Shown piece after piece: positions 43,390 through 58,480 of a stretch of 64,000 nucleotides of DNA. Both the position numbers and the translations under genes were made by a program. Origin of the DNA: the human T2T-CHM13v2.0 reference genome, Homo sapiens; NCBI RefSeq assembly GCF_009914755.1, contig NC_060936.1, one strand, 5' to 3'. Each line of letters opens with the position of its first letter. The stretch's first letter is position 1. The notes below the pieces were generated by a model that searched no databases, was not told where the DNA came from, and worked only from the letters and a program-made list of their open reading frames with translations.

Positions 43390-43640
43390 GGCATCTAGAG
43401 ATCTTTTATCCTGTATTTTCCACTAAAAATCAAGCAAAAGCCAATGGGTTAAAGTTGTGGGAGTAGGAATTATAATTAGATGTAAAATTGTGTCTATGAA
43501 CTATTGGAATAGTTACAGGGATGCTTTGGAATCTCCTTTCTTGGCATCTAAAAAGATTGTCTGGAGAATTTTGGCACCTGATTGGATTAGAATTTTAGCA
43601 GGAAATGGTTAAGATGGAACTTTCAGATTTAATGATTTCT
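43390..43640 (+). mobile_element. L3/CR1 3' fragment
   Basis: tggaatagttac...ggaatctcctttcttgg, resembling the CR1 3' end. Confidence 0.5.
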
Positions 43641-44439
43641 CTGCTTCCAGCTCTGGCCTATCAGTGTCTATGTGGGAGGAAAGAGAAGACATTGGCAGGG
43701 GATGACCTGGGCATAAGGGTAAGAACTGGTTCAAATCCTCTTTTAATAGCCATGCCCTTAGACTCCTTGTTCTTTGTGGAGACTGGGTGCCACAGTAGGA
43801 AGAACATGGGCTTTGACTTCATGAAGAACCATGTTCAAATTCTAACTCTTCTTTTTACTGGCTATATGATCTTGAAAAAGTTATTTAACCTCTCTTCATC
43901 TTCAAGATCAAAGAATAATACTTCTGTCATGGAGTAAATAGGGGTTAAATGAAATAGCATATGAACCTTGCTTGCAGCTCAACACATTCTGGTTCCTTTC
44001 ACCCCTCTTTCCACGTAACTCTAATTCTTGCACATAATTCTATCCCTGGCATGCCATTTGACAGATATTTTGCTCTGTCTCCAGCCTCTGCACATCTTCC
44101 CCAATGCTTCTTAGCATTCAAGCCTAGAGCTCTGATTTATTAATTTGTGTTAGTCCCACAAAATGGCAATAACAGTATGTACTTTTTATAACCATACTAA
44201 CATGAGTCAAGGTTGTGGTTTCATTCCAGGCATTTTTACTTGCTGACAATTTTGGTTGTAAATCAGAGACAAAGGAGTTCTATCTTCCCACCCACCTCTC
44301 TGATCTAGAGTTCTTGATTCAGGGCTAGATCATCTGGATAGGATTTCCTTCCAATAAAAAAATGATGGCAAGTTTGTTTATAAGATTATTCAGAGAAGAA
44401 AAATCCATAACCTTTACTGTTGGAATATTCTTGTTTTCC

Positions 44440-45180
44440 TCCCAACCTTTTAATTTGAAAAATATTAACCTACAGAAAAGTTGTAAAATAGTGTAATTAA
44501 TACCCATTCATTTTTCACCAAGATTGACAAATTGCTAATATTTTGCCACATTTGTGTGCTCTCCCCTTCTCTCTCATATATATATATGTGTGTATATATA
44601 CACACATATGTAAAGCAGTGCCTATTCAAATTTTGCTAATTGTCCACTGATTTTTTTTTGAGACAGGGTGTCACTCTATTGCCCAGGCTGGAGTGCAAGT
44701 GGCATGATCACAGCTCACTGCAGCCTCTACCTCCTGGGCTCTGGTGAACCTCCTGCCTCAGCCTCCCAAGCAACTGGGACTACTGGCACATGCCACCATG
44801 CCAGACTAATTTTTTTTTTTTTTTTATAGAGGCAGGGTTTCACCATCTTGCCTAGGCTGGTCTCAGACTCCTGGGCTCAAGTGATCTGCCCTCCTTGGCC
44901 TCACAAAGTGCTAGGATTACAGGTGTGAGCCACTGCGCTAGCTGAATAATTTGTTTTATAGTGAAATGTTTCTCCCTAGCCCTGATCCAATTGAAGTTTA
45001 TGCACTGTATTTTGTTATCATGCCTCTTTATTCTCCTTTAATCTGGAATCATTCCTTAGCCTGTTGTTCATAGCATTCACAGTTTTGAAGAGTACTGGTC
45101 AGTTGTTTTGTAGAAAGTCACTGGGTCTAAATTTGACGGATTATTTTCATCATTAGATTCAGATTAGGCGTTTCTGGCAC
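44440..45180 (-). mobile_element. Old L1M 3' fragment interrupted by an AluJ (44651-44943, minus)
   Basis: tacagaaaagttgtaaaatagt...acccat L1M-type tail; the Alu dimer is clear. Confidence 0.65.
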
Positions 45181-47432
45181 TTTTGGATTAGATAAGAACA
45201 TTTTTAAAGACAGTGCCACGTAGACAGGGAACATGTCTTTCCCCTGCCTGTTGTGTTCTTAGCACCAAGCACAGCGACTGGCATATAGTAGGTGCTTAAT
45301 ACTTATTGAATGAATGAATGAATGACCTAAAACTTTCACTGCCATGTAGGTCCATTATTTTTCTACCTGAAGAGAGAGAGAAGAGCAGCCTTCTCCTAAA
45401 TCCTAGTTTCATTTTTATTATAAATCTTTGGGCTGAAAAGGGTAACCCAAGACTTCTTTAATGAGACCACCGAGAAGGGAATATGAGGGAGGGACTATGG
45501 CCTGAGGGAAGCCACGGAGTTTCTGTTTACCCAGGGCGAGTGGTGGTGGTGTTCATACTGTGTAGAGACAGGGGGATGAACAAGGTGGTCCTCAGATGGA
45601 AGGAAAAATAACACACAGAATCCTAGAGTACCTGGCCTGTTTGCTTACTGAGAAAAATTAGTCATTTAGGTTCCCAGATTTGACCATACTTCCCTCTCCT
45701 AGCCCCCATTTGAATCCTAAGAATGCCACAGTGAAAATTGATTTCTGGCCCTCCTCCTCTCCCAGAGGGGACAACTCCATAATTCTCTCTTTCTCCACTT
45801 TCCACCCCCCTGCCCTCACCACACACAAGTGTGTATTTTCTAGCATTTATAAACGGTGGTTGGGAGGCCATTCTCTCCAGATTATTTATTGTTGAGAAAA
45901 TCTATAACTCCTTGGACTTCTCATTTTGATGTAGAAGCTTTCATCCCTGTTGCCTGGGGGAAGTGAGGTTATGAGAGGTACTCTCTGCCTCTCAAAAATG
46001 TGTTTTCAGGCTTCCCTTTGGGGCCCTTTCTCTCCCTAGCTCTGATCATCTCAGACATTTCTGACAATCCTTGCTGAGGCATCCAGGGCTTGGGACTGAA
46101 TTCATCTATTTAATTTTGCAAGGCTGGTGAGTGCCTGATTCACATTGCTCCTGCCCCTTTTCTGAGAATCTACCTGCCTTTGTCTTTGCAGTCCTTAATT
46201 TCACCAGTTTCTGGGAAAAAGTATCCTTCATCTCCATATCGGCTCTTGGTTACCAAGAAAAATGGAGGAGATAATCCAAAATAGTGAATGAGACGAAGAT
46301 TATTATTTTTTTTAAGTGATTGAATCCTGGCTAAAGATAATCCATGAAGTGAACAATCTGGATGAAAGTAATCCATCATGTTACTCTTCCATGGGTGGGT
46401 ATATGGCATCTGGAGAGGGAGGCTGGTGGGAGAGGGCCTCAGCTTGTTTAGCTCTCACTTTTTTGTCAGAACCATGAGATGTCTGTGGAGAACTCTGCAG
46501 AACCCATTTCTATGCTGTATTTTTAAACTCTGGAGGAGGCCTGTTCCATAGTTTGAGAACCAAATACTTAGTTCAAAGAACATGACAATCAGTAGCCAAT
46601 ATGCAAAACTGCCACTTCATCTAGGGTTTCCATGATACCCAGTGTGAAAGTCAAAGTCCTCACAGTGACTCTATGGCCCGCCATGAATGATCCGGCCTCC
46701 TGATTTCTCTCTGACCTCATCCCCGACTACTTCTTCCTATCTCACTCTGTGCCAGCCCAAGATGGTCAGGTGCCATTCCACACCCATCAGGATGGCTATT
46801 ATTAAAAAAACAGAAAATAGCAAGTGTTGGCGAGAATGTGGAGAAATTGGAACCTTTGTGTACTGCTGGTTGGCAAGTAAAATGGTGCAGCCACCGTGGA
46901 AAACAGTAAATTGGTGATTCCTAAAAAAGTAAACTTAGAATTACCATATGACCCAGAAATTCCACCTCTGGGAATATATCCAAAAGAAATGAAAGCAGGG
47001 ACTCAAATTGATATATGTACACCCACGTTCATAGTAACATTATTCAGAATAGCCAAAAGGGAGAGGCAACCCAAGCATCTATTGATAGATAGACAAACAA
47101 ACAGATAAACAAAATGTGGTATATACATAGAGAGAAATATTAGTCACTCTAAAAAAGGAAGAAAATTCTAATACACGCTACAACACGGATACTCTTGAAG
47201 ACGTTATGCTAAATAAAATAAGCCAGACACAAGCAGACAAATATTGTATGATTCTATTTATATGAGGTACCCAGAATAGTCAAATTCATACAGACAGAAA
47301 GTAAAGTGGTGGTTTCTAAGGAATGGGAGCAGGAGGGAATGGGAATTTAATGTTTAATGGGCACAGAGTTTTAGTTGGGTAAGATGGCAAAGGTTTGGAG
47401 GTGGATGGTGACGATGATTGACCCTCATGTGA

Positions 47433-47742
<310 letters not shown>

Positions 47743-47749
47743 TTATATA

Positions 47750-48046
47750 CTTTTATTTTTACTTTTTTAGAGACAAGGTCTTGCTCTGTCACCAGGCTGG
47801 AGTGCAGTGGCATGATCACAGCTCACTGCAGACTTGACCTCCCAAGGCTCAGGTTATTCTCCCACTTCAGCCTCCTGAGTAGCTGGGATTACAGGCGCTT
47901 GCCACCACATCTGGCTAATTTTTCTATTTTTTGTAGAGATGAGGTTTTGCCATGTTTGCTGGTCTCAAACTCCTGGTCTCAGAAGATCTGCCCGCCTTGG
48001 CCTCCCAAAGTGCTGGGATTACAGGTGTGAGCCACCATGCCTGGCC
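47750..48046 (-). mobile_element. AluJ
   Basis: Dimer. Confidence 0.9.
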
Positions 48047-48234
48047 TAATGCCACATTTAAAAACAGTTAAAATGGTAAATTTTATGTTATGTACATTTT
48101 ACCACTATAAACAATGGCCAGAGTCTTTATATTTGCACTTCTCAGAGATCTGCACCATTGCTTTTTCCTGCACCTGCTCCTGGCTGCTGGTGAAGTGTCA
48201 TCTCAGCAAGGCCTTCTTGGACCACTTGTTTTAA

Positions 48235-48620
<386 letters not shown>

Positions 48621-50974
48621 TAACACAATATGTATTCTTACTACTTGTTGTTGTTTGCTTCTTCTTGCTGGAATGTAAGTGACTTGAGTGGAGGGATTTT
48701 TTTGTGTGTGTGTTTTAATTGCTGTATCCCCAGTGCTGAATAGTTGAGGACCGGTAAATATTTGTTGAATGAATGAATAAGGGACCATGACTAGACATAG
48801 ACTTCTAGAGAAGGCACACACAGAAAGAGAATATGAGAAGATTCTGTTTTTTGTTTGGCCTTAACTAATTTCTTCTAGACCTTGGATATATAACTCAGAC
48901 CCTGTGTTCATGATGGCTTTTATACAGTTTACCTTTTCTTACGTGTTTTGAACTGTTTGCATTTAGAGCTGTTGGTGCACTGCGTACGCCATGGTTATTA
49001 TTATTTAAAGCGGTCACCTTGAACACAAAGCCTCTACTCTTGTATTTCTGATTGCCTCCAACCATAATTGCAGAGGTACTTGAGTCAGGGCTTTGGAAAC
49101 TCTGGGAAAGCTTAGATATCCAGAAACCTTTACTTTTTTTTCTTTTTCTTTTTTTTTTTGAGACATTGGTTTGACTGGCTCCAGAGTTTTCATTCTCTGG
49201 AAATTTTAAGGAAGAGCAAACTTATATAATTTGGGATCAGGAAAGGAGTTGTATTTACAAGCAAAGAGATTGATATAATCTCTAGGAGATGTTGCATTTT
49301 AAAGTCCACTTCTTGGAAGCTTTGAGACCTGAAATAATTATGTAGCAGCTCCATTGCTTTCCTCTCGTGAACGTTTATCAAGTTTCTAGGAGAGCACTTT
49401 GTGTCCACACTCTATTTGAAGTTGTTCAGCAGGAGCCATGAGGCCAAACTTCCGGATTGGCAAGATTGTTAGCACCCCAGCACGGGAACCAGTGGAACTT
49501 ACTTCCTTGGAAAAATGTTTTGAAAAGGAAAGGTCCTGAGTGAGGGTAGTGCCCTTCTTAGAGACAGAGGAATGAACACAATGACCTTCAGGATGAAGGA
49601 GAGTGGGTGGGGTTGGCTGGGAAAACAAGACAGCCTTCAATGTAGTGGGCGGATTGTTGGATTCGACATGAGTTCTTCTTGGCTACTTGGGATGGAACTT
49701 TTGTTTTGGAGTTTGGAAAGAGCTCAGAGAATGAGAGAAACACAGGGAGTAGAAGGGAGGGAAGGAGGGAGCCAGGGGCATGATGGAATTCATACAAGCT
49801 GGCTTCATGTTCTCTGGCCTTTCTCTGTATTTCTTTAAGCACCTCCCCTGGGCCAAGCACCTCCTTTGGGAGAGACTGTTTCCTAATTAAACTGAGATCC
49901 ACAGGCCCAGGGCCCTTATTAGGAAATATCCTTAGGAAATGCTCTTTAAATAGAAGATTGTGCGTATTCTAGTCTCCTGTTCCCACCTCTGTCTGGCCCT
50001 TTCTCTCTTTCAAAAAAAAAAATTCCTATTTCTAGGCATCCCAAGACATAGTTGTTAATCAATACAGCTATGTGTTTATTTTCTCTGTCCTAAGTGTCTC
50101 TTTTGGTTGCTCGGTACAATTGAGTAGATCCTTGTCCTGCGTAGCAAGGGTCGGTGGTGGGAGCATGGAATTCGGAAGGAACAGGTACATAGATCATGGC
50201 CCTGCCCTCTGGAGGCTTTTAGATATAAAGGAATTTAAGGGACATACCCAGGACACCATCAGACAGAAAGGGAAAACTAATTTCGGCTGAGCATCAGGGT
50301 TAGCTGTCAGTGCTGATGAAATGGGAAGGAAGGTTGGAGATAGGGAAATCAGTCAGGATGGCATAGGGAAGGCTTCTAGAAGTGGGGGAAAGATTGTAGA
50401 ATAGGATTGAGAAGAGCTAGAGGGCCAAGACCAGATAGAAAGGAGTGAGGAGGGCACCTCTTGGCCACACCAGTAATTGATGCAGGCCAAACTTGCTGCA
50501 TGCAGGGTAAGTCACAATGTGAGGAGCTGAGTTAGGAGTGGGGTAATAGGCTTGAGGGTAGAGGTGGGCATGATTAGGAAGGGGCTCTGACAGCTGGTTT
50601 GAAGAACCCAGACTGAATATAAACCATTAGAATAATTGCAGATTATTGCACAGGGAAAGATATTTCTGAGAATTGCATTCAAGGAAGATGTTTCTCTTTA
50701 TTGTTAGACACTGGGCTGCAGTTAGGCTTTCTCAGGAGTCCCAATCATCTGTTTGCTTTTTCTTCTGTCAGTCTGGTTGTTTGTTTGTTTGTTTGTTCTG
50801 CATGCTTCTGTTTGAGTCATGGGTTTTGACTCAAACCCATGTAAGGCCCCTTTTCGGTTCCTTCTATTTTTCCCTTTCACCCCTCACCTCTATTTCTCAT
50901 TTCCTTTCCTTGTGGGAGCCATCTGCTTTCATGTATTTAGTTAGTGCTCTTCCAATCCAAACTCTATATGTTTA

Positions 50975-51620
50975 TTTAGAGACATTCAGCCATTCACCAA
51001 ATATAAAGTGCCTGCTATGTGTTGAACAGAGTTGCAGGTGCTGAGAAGTTGTAGGTGCACAGTTGTAGGTGTTCACAGCAGTGAACAAAACAATCAAAAC
51101 CTGCATTTGTGTTGCTTACGTTCTAGTGGGGTGAGAGGATTGTGAACAAATAAATGAGTGGATACGTTAAATAGTGATAAGTGCTATGCAAACAAAAAAT
51201 CAGGGTAGGGGATAAGTTGTATTGTGGGTGGTCAGGAGCAGATTGCCGCTTTCTTCAGGGTGATGTAAGAAAGCTTCACTGAAACGTGTGGTGCATCAAA
51301 TGCACATTAAAGACCAGCCATATGGACATCTAGGGTAGGAGTGGTTCAGGTGTGGGTGGACAGCAAGTACAAAGGCCCTGAGGCAGGTCTTGCCTGGTAT
51401 GTTAGGAGGCCAGAAGGGTCAGTATAGGCCAATGCCCAGAGCAAAATGAGTGAGAAAAGAGAGAGAAACAGAAGGCTGGGAGGTAGCTGGGTCAGTGGCA
51501 AATCATGCAAGACTTTGTGGACCACTGTAAGCTCAGATCTTGGCTTATACTCTGAATAAGGAGGGAAACCAGGGGAAGGTTTTGAGCAGAGGAATTACAT
51601 GATCTGATTTACATTTTAAA
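50975..51620 (-). mobile_element. L2 3' region
   Basis: cattcagccattcac...gtgcctgctatgtg; gaaggttttgagcagagg. Confidence 0.75.
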
Positions 51621-51624
51621 ATAG

Positions 51625-52040
51625 ATCTATCTGTATCCTTAAAAAATATAGTGTTATTTTGACCGCTTTTTAATGTACATAAATGACATTGTGCTATATG
51701 CTTTATCCTGCTTTTACTTTTTCCACTTAACATTGTTTCTGAGCTTTATCTATGTTGCTGTATGGAAATCAACTTCATTATTTCTGACCGCTATGCTCAT
51801 ACAGTAGATTTTATTACATATTCACCTAGTAATAGACATTTGGGTTGCCTCCAACTTTTTACTACCACAAACAGTGCTGTGATAAATATCCTTATCTCAG
51901 CCTCTTTATGAACCCAGAGAGTTTTCCTGCGGTGTATACCTAGCAGTGGGATTGCTGGGTTAGAGAGCGTGTGCACATTTAATTCCATGAAGACTGTACC
52001 AGGATGGTGGCCCTCACCAGCAGTGTGTGATAGTTTGTAT
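51625..52040 (-). mobile_element. L1ME-type fragment
   Basis: Minus-strand remnant SNPAIPLLGIH...FITALFVVVKSWRQPKC. Confidence 0.75.
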
Positions 52041-52059
52041 CTTCTCATTTATTTCTCAT

Positions 52060-52690
52060 ATTGATCCTGTAAGGCAAATATTATCATTTCCATTTTATGG
52101 ATAAGAGAACTGAGGCTTAGAGAGATTAAGCAAGTTATCAAAATTTATACAGTTAAGCAGAAGAGCTATGGCTCCACTCCAGAAAATTACTCAATATTCT
52201 TTGCTCTTACTACTGTAGTACCCAGTACTGCCTCTTCCAGAAATAACGTGAAGCAAATTGTTCATGCTGTGTTCCTCTTTTAATCATTTCTTCCTTTTAG
52301 GGCTGGCTGGACAGAAGACAGTATTCTTGAGGTCCAAAGAGCCACTAAAGGGAATCTGTGGCCTCCCTCTCAATCTGTGTCCATTTTAGGAATTGGGGTG
52401 TTGAAGGAAACTTGTGTACAATCCCAACAGAGCGGTAGGGAAGCAGGGCAGCGTGGCATAGGAGTTCACTTGAGTTTTGGCATCAGACAGTCTTTGTTCA
52501 AATCCTGGCACAACCATTTGTTCTCTGTGTGACTTTGCACGAGTTCTTGGCTTATCTAAATCTCAGTTTTCTAACGTACACAATGAAGACAACAATAGGA
52601 CTTGTCTCTTAGAGTTGTTGTGAGGAAGCACAGGTAAAATACTCAATGTAGTGCCCATAGTAAATGTTCAATAAATGTCAGTTATTATTT
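52060..52690. mobile_element. Two MIR fragments in opposite orientations
   Basis: MIR core motifs at ~52080-52150 and ~52490-52600. Confidence 0.65.
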
Positions 52691-52714
52691 TTGCTATAAT
52701 ATTTGAGCCTTGCC

Positions 52715-53024
52715 CTTTTCTTTCTTTCTTTTTTTTTTTTTTTGGGATGGAGTCTCACTGTCACCCAGGCTGGAGCGCAATGGCGTGATCTTGGCTCACT
52801 GAAACCTCTGCCTCCCAGGTTCAAGTGATTCTCCTGCCTTAGTCTCCCGAGAAGCTGGGATTACAGCTGTCTGCCACCATGCCCGGCTAATTTTTTGTAT
52901 TTTTAGTAGAGATTGGGCTTCGCCATGTTGCCCAGGCTGGTCTCGAACTCCTGACCTTAGGTGATCCATCTGCCTTGGCCTCCCGAAGTGCTGGAATTAC
53001 AGGCATGAGCCACTGTGCCTGGCT
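52715..53024 (-). mobile_element. AluS
   Basis: TSD GAGCCTTGSCCTTTT. Confidence 0.92.
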
Positions 53025-53451
53025 GAGCCTTGGCCTTTTCAATGCCTGCTCTAACTCAGTAAGACTAGGACCCTCCAAAGTGTTTACCAGTAGCAGGCCC
53101 AAGGGTATCTGATTAGAGTTCTCAGAGATTCAAGGTAAATTATACAGAATAAAACAGTCTTTATTTTCTCATGAGGGCCAGCCAACAAGCTTAAGTTTCA
53201 GTGGGTGATTTTGAGGCTAGACATTTAAAAAGATGAATTCATTTTCAAAGTTGGAGGACTTTGGATCAAATTTTAATATTAAGTATTAGGTAGATTGTAT
53301 TAAGTACATATTGTTTTGCTAAGTACTGAGCTAAGTACTTTTCAAGCATTACTGCATTTGATCTTCCTAACAACCCTATGAAGTTTATTTACTCCCATTT
53401 TTCAGTTGTGGAAACTAAAGCACATAGAGGGTAAATAATTTGTCCAGAGAC

Positions 53452-53661
<210 letters not shown>

Positions 53662-55954
53662 AAGGATAAGAATCTGTCCAAAATCATGTAGCTGTGAAAT
53701 GGTTGAGCTGAGATTTGACCCCAGCAGTCTATCTACAGAGCTCTTACTCTTAACTAGTAAACTACGCTGCCTTCCTGTGAAGGAAAGTTTTAGAGTCTCG
53801 TCCCTTTTAAATCTAGGACAGGTTCTTGTCATTTGGGATGGTTTAGAGCAGTCACAAGAAGTAAGGGGCTAGTTGTAAAATAATCTCCAGAGGGTAAGGA
53901 TATGAAGTTTGAAAATATTCCCCAGGTATCTTAATTATGGCCCCTCGAGTGACAACCTCTGGCTTAGGGGATGTCCTACGGAGAGCTGAGCATGATGCCT
54001 TCAGATAAGTAGGGACCTGCTAACTGAGGGTTAGAAGGTTCCCTGCAATCCAAGGCAGGCTGATATTTCTAAAACAAGCATCCACAATGGCAAACAATTC
54101 TTTATCGCCTACATGTGGCTTATACATGCCATGAATTATCTGCGGTCAAGGTTTTATCACAGTTGGTTTTCCCTTCACGCTTTTCATTTTGATTGCCTTC
54201 TACAAGGAATGTAATACCATTTATATATTTACCTGAGTCAGATTTATAAAGGTTGCTTGGCTACAAAGTATGTATCTCAAAGTCAAGCAGATAGGAATTT
54301 TGGATTATCTGCTCTTTCAGGTTTTCTCTTCTCTGTTTGTACATTTGTTCAACAAATATTTATTAGCTCCTAACTCAGAGTCTAGTGGAGGAGACAGGCA
54401 GCTGAACTGGAATCTTGATAATTTATGCCAAGTGGGGCAAGCACAGATGCTATGAGAGGATATAGGAAGGGCACCTAATCCAGAGAAAAAGCCAGGGGAG
54501 GCTTCCCAGGGAAGCAATTTCTAAACTGGGAATTGAAAAATAAGTAGGAATCCGCTGAGTGAAAGGGCCGAGCGGGGATTAGAGGCAGGGGAGCAGGGTG
54601 AGTGGAACTGCATGGCAGGAGCACGACCTGGGAAGATGATGGTACTAGAGGAATAAGCAGAGTGAAATTATGAAGAAATTGGGAAGGGCTAGGCTAAGGA
54701 CTTTAGACTTTATCCTGAGGGCAGAAGGGAACCACGGAAGGGTTTTAAGTGGGGGAACAACTCAATCAGATTTATAGTTTAGAAAGAGTCCATGAGTTAA
54801 AAATTGACTGTGTATCTACCCCACTTACTTGCAAGGAAATCATAATATTGGGACTGGTAATATTACGGCAAATAAAGGAGTCTAGATGGATTTGTAGAGA
54901 GATGATTTGATCCAATAACCCAAGAGTCCCTTTGGATAATCTGTAGAGAAGAGTTTTCAATTTTGACTTGATCTTTCTGTTTTTATAAACCTGTTAACAT
55001 CTCCTGAAATTCCTGAAGTTCTCTCAAAACCAAAGCCTGAGTAGGGAGGAAAGTGTGAGCCTTGTGTCTTGGTTTTCTCTGTTCCCCACTACTCATTTCC
55101 GGGGCATTGCTGTGAATAGTTCATCCAAGCCCTGCGCCCCATGAGGAAGGGACCATTTGAATAGCAGCAGGAGAGGAGGGGAAGGAGGAACCACACGCCA
55201 GGCTCGTTCATTAAGAAAATATATTTGGCATATTCAGACAATGGTTTGAGCAAGTTAAAAATAACTCCTCGTGAAAAATTAATAGGGAGTTATAAGTGAG
55301 TGTTTTAATACAAGCTCCCAGAGCAGGGCAGATTCTCCAGGCAGCTGGCAGCTGACATCACAGATGGTGCAGGGTGTTTATAGAGCATGGTGTGGCCAGT
55401 GAGTAGAGTCATCTGCAGAAGTGAGCTCACCTTCTCTCCCAGAACCCTGGGGAGAGAGGAGACAGTAGGAATTGTTTTTAGTTATGAGTTACTGAGCCAG
55501 GTGACTTATTTCTTCTCTCCCTACCCATCACACTCTCCTAACTGTGGACATAAACATTGTAGTGAATTTTGCCTTGTTGCTTTGGGTAAGGTTTATTGAA
55601 TGTCAGAATTCATAAAAGTCTTTTCTGGCCCTTCTCCTTTCTTAGTAATAGACCCTTAGTTGGCTGCAGGATCCATTTCTGCAGTGTTTCCTTACCCAAG
55701 GACCAGCTCCTCTCTCTCTCTTGCAGATAGTTATAAAGTCTCTGCCCCATTCTCCCTCTTCCTCTCTTTTCACAGTGCCCCTCTGATTCTAGGGAAGTAA
55801 AACGAAGAATTGGACTCTACATTCTTTGCCATCAGAACAGCTAAGTTGATAAAGCAGAATGAGGAGAAAGGAGGCTAGCTGCATTTTGGGGCTAAGGGTT
55901 TTAAGACTGGGGAGACCAATATTTGTATTTTAAACCCAGATGATATTTAAAAAA

Positions 55955-56110
55955 TGGTTCTGTAATTGCAATGAGGCCCTCTAGGCCGTGAATTAATGTG
56001 TCATAACTCACGCCCAAGCACTGCGCAAACATTCTGCGTGTGAATTATTGCACAATAAATTCATGCCCTGTTGTGTCTTACAGCTTAATTAGTACATGAA
56101 GCTACATGAG
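55955..56110. promoter_or_regulatory. Candidate distal enhancer
   Basis: TAATTG, AATTAATG, GTCATAA, CAATAAA, TTAATTAG and local CpG retention in a TE-free patch. Confidence 0.5.
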
Positions 56111-57450
56111 TTAGACGAACCCAAATGGGATTATGTCATGTGGTGCGTAAAAAAGCAAAATGTTGGGAGGTATTTGGAGCTTTTTCTGGGGGGAAAGCAG
56201 GGTTGATTTTTCTATGATGTCCTTCAGTGTCAGTTTCTGTGATGTTTGGGCTGCAACAGGTGACATGTTCCCTGACATGTGACTTCTGAGCTTTGGTTGG
56301 CTGGTTAAATAATGGATTTAGTAAATATTTATTGTATATCATGTTCTAGGCATTATGAAACGATAGCACATGTAATGAAGTATGGCCCCTGCCCTTAAGG
56401 AGCTTATATTCTAATACAAAAAGTAAGGTATAGCCGCAATACAAAGTAGAAAGTGATAAGTGCCATAAGTAACATATGAGTAAATAAAGGGTCTTGGGAA
56501 TTCAGAGTGGAGGATGATCCTTTTGGGTTGGCACAGTGGTGAGGGTTGATTGGTGAAATCAGAGACATTTTTTGGAGGAATGGCATTTGAGTTGGCTCTC
56601 TTAAAGGACAGATAGGATTTCACCACCTGGGCAGGTTTGGCGGGGGGTGCTGGTCTGGGCAGTGGATTCTAGGCAGAGGGAGTAATGCTAGGGAAAGCAC
56701 AGGAAAGTGAAGCAGTGTCCTGAGCACACCGAGCGGGCTGTGTTGCTTGAGGCTTGGCTGTGTGAAGGGGCAAAATGGACAGGCGGATTGGAGCCAGAGC
56801 TTTCCTGTGCATACAAAGCACTTGGGCTTTAAGCCCACTAACCCCTGGGATTGGTTCTTCTACTGGGTGATATCTGTACTCTTGGACTTGAATTTTTCTC
56901 TACTATTGTCTTCTTTGGTCTACCTGCTCAGAGAGTACACAGCTGAGGGCCAGGTGTCCTGGGTTCTAGTCTTGTCTCTGCTGCTAAATAGCAACATGAC
57001 CTTGAGCAAGCCACCCAAATCCTTCAGTGCTTTGCTTCTTTATCTTTAACATGAGAGGTAAGAATGGATGATTTCTAAGCTTCCATATAGTTAAAACATT
57101 CTAGGATTTCCTCTAGCTCTTCTGCTCTCTTACCCCCTCAACTAGGTCTCTCTGCTGCAAGTAGTCTGAACCCGCATCCTGCCAGCTCTTCGCTTAAACC
57201 CACTTTTGGAGTTGGTGAGAGTCAGCAGGCTGGCTTTGGAAACAAAATCAACAGGGAAAACCCAATTTCTCCCCTCCTATGTTCAGTACCATTGATTAAT
57301 CAAGACCTAGGAGACATACGGGTATTTAAACCATCAGCTTTAAATCTGCAGCTGTGTTGGCTTGCTAATACCGCACCACCAAATTAGACAGACTTACTCT
57401 GCTGAACGCCCATCTGCCTCCTACTACAGGGCTAGAGGCTGCTTTTATTA

Positions 57451-57901
<451 letters not shown>

Positions 57902-57955
57902 TCATTAATCAAAGAAAGTGAGAGAGTGGAGACAGGCTAGGGATATCACCCTGAT

Positions 57956-58480
<525 letters not shown>

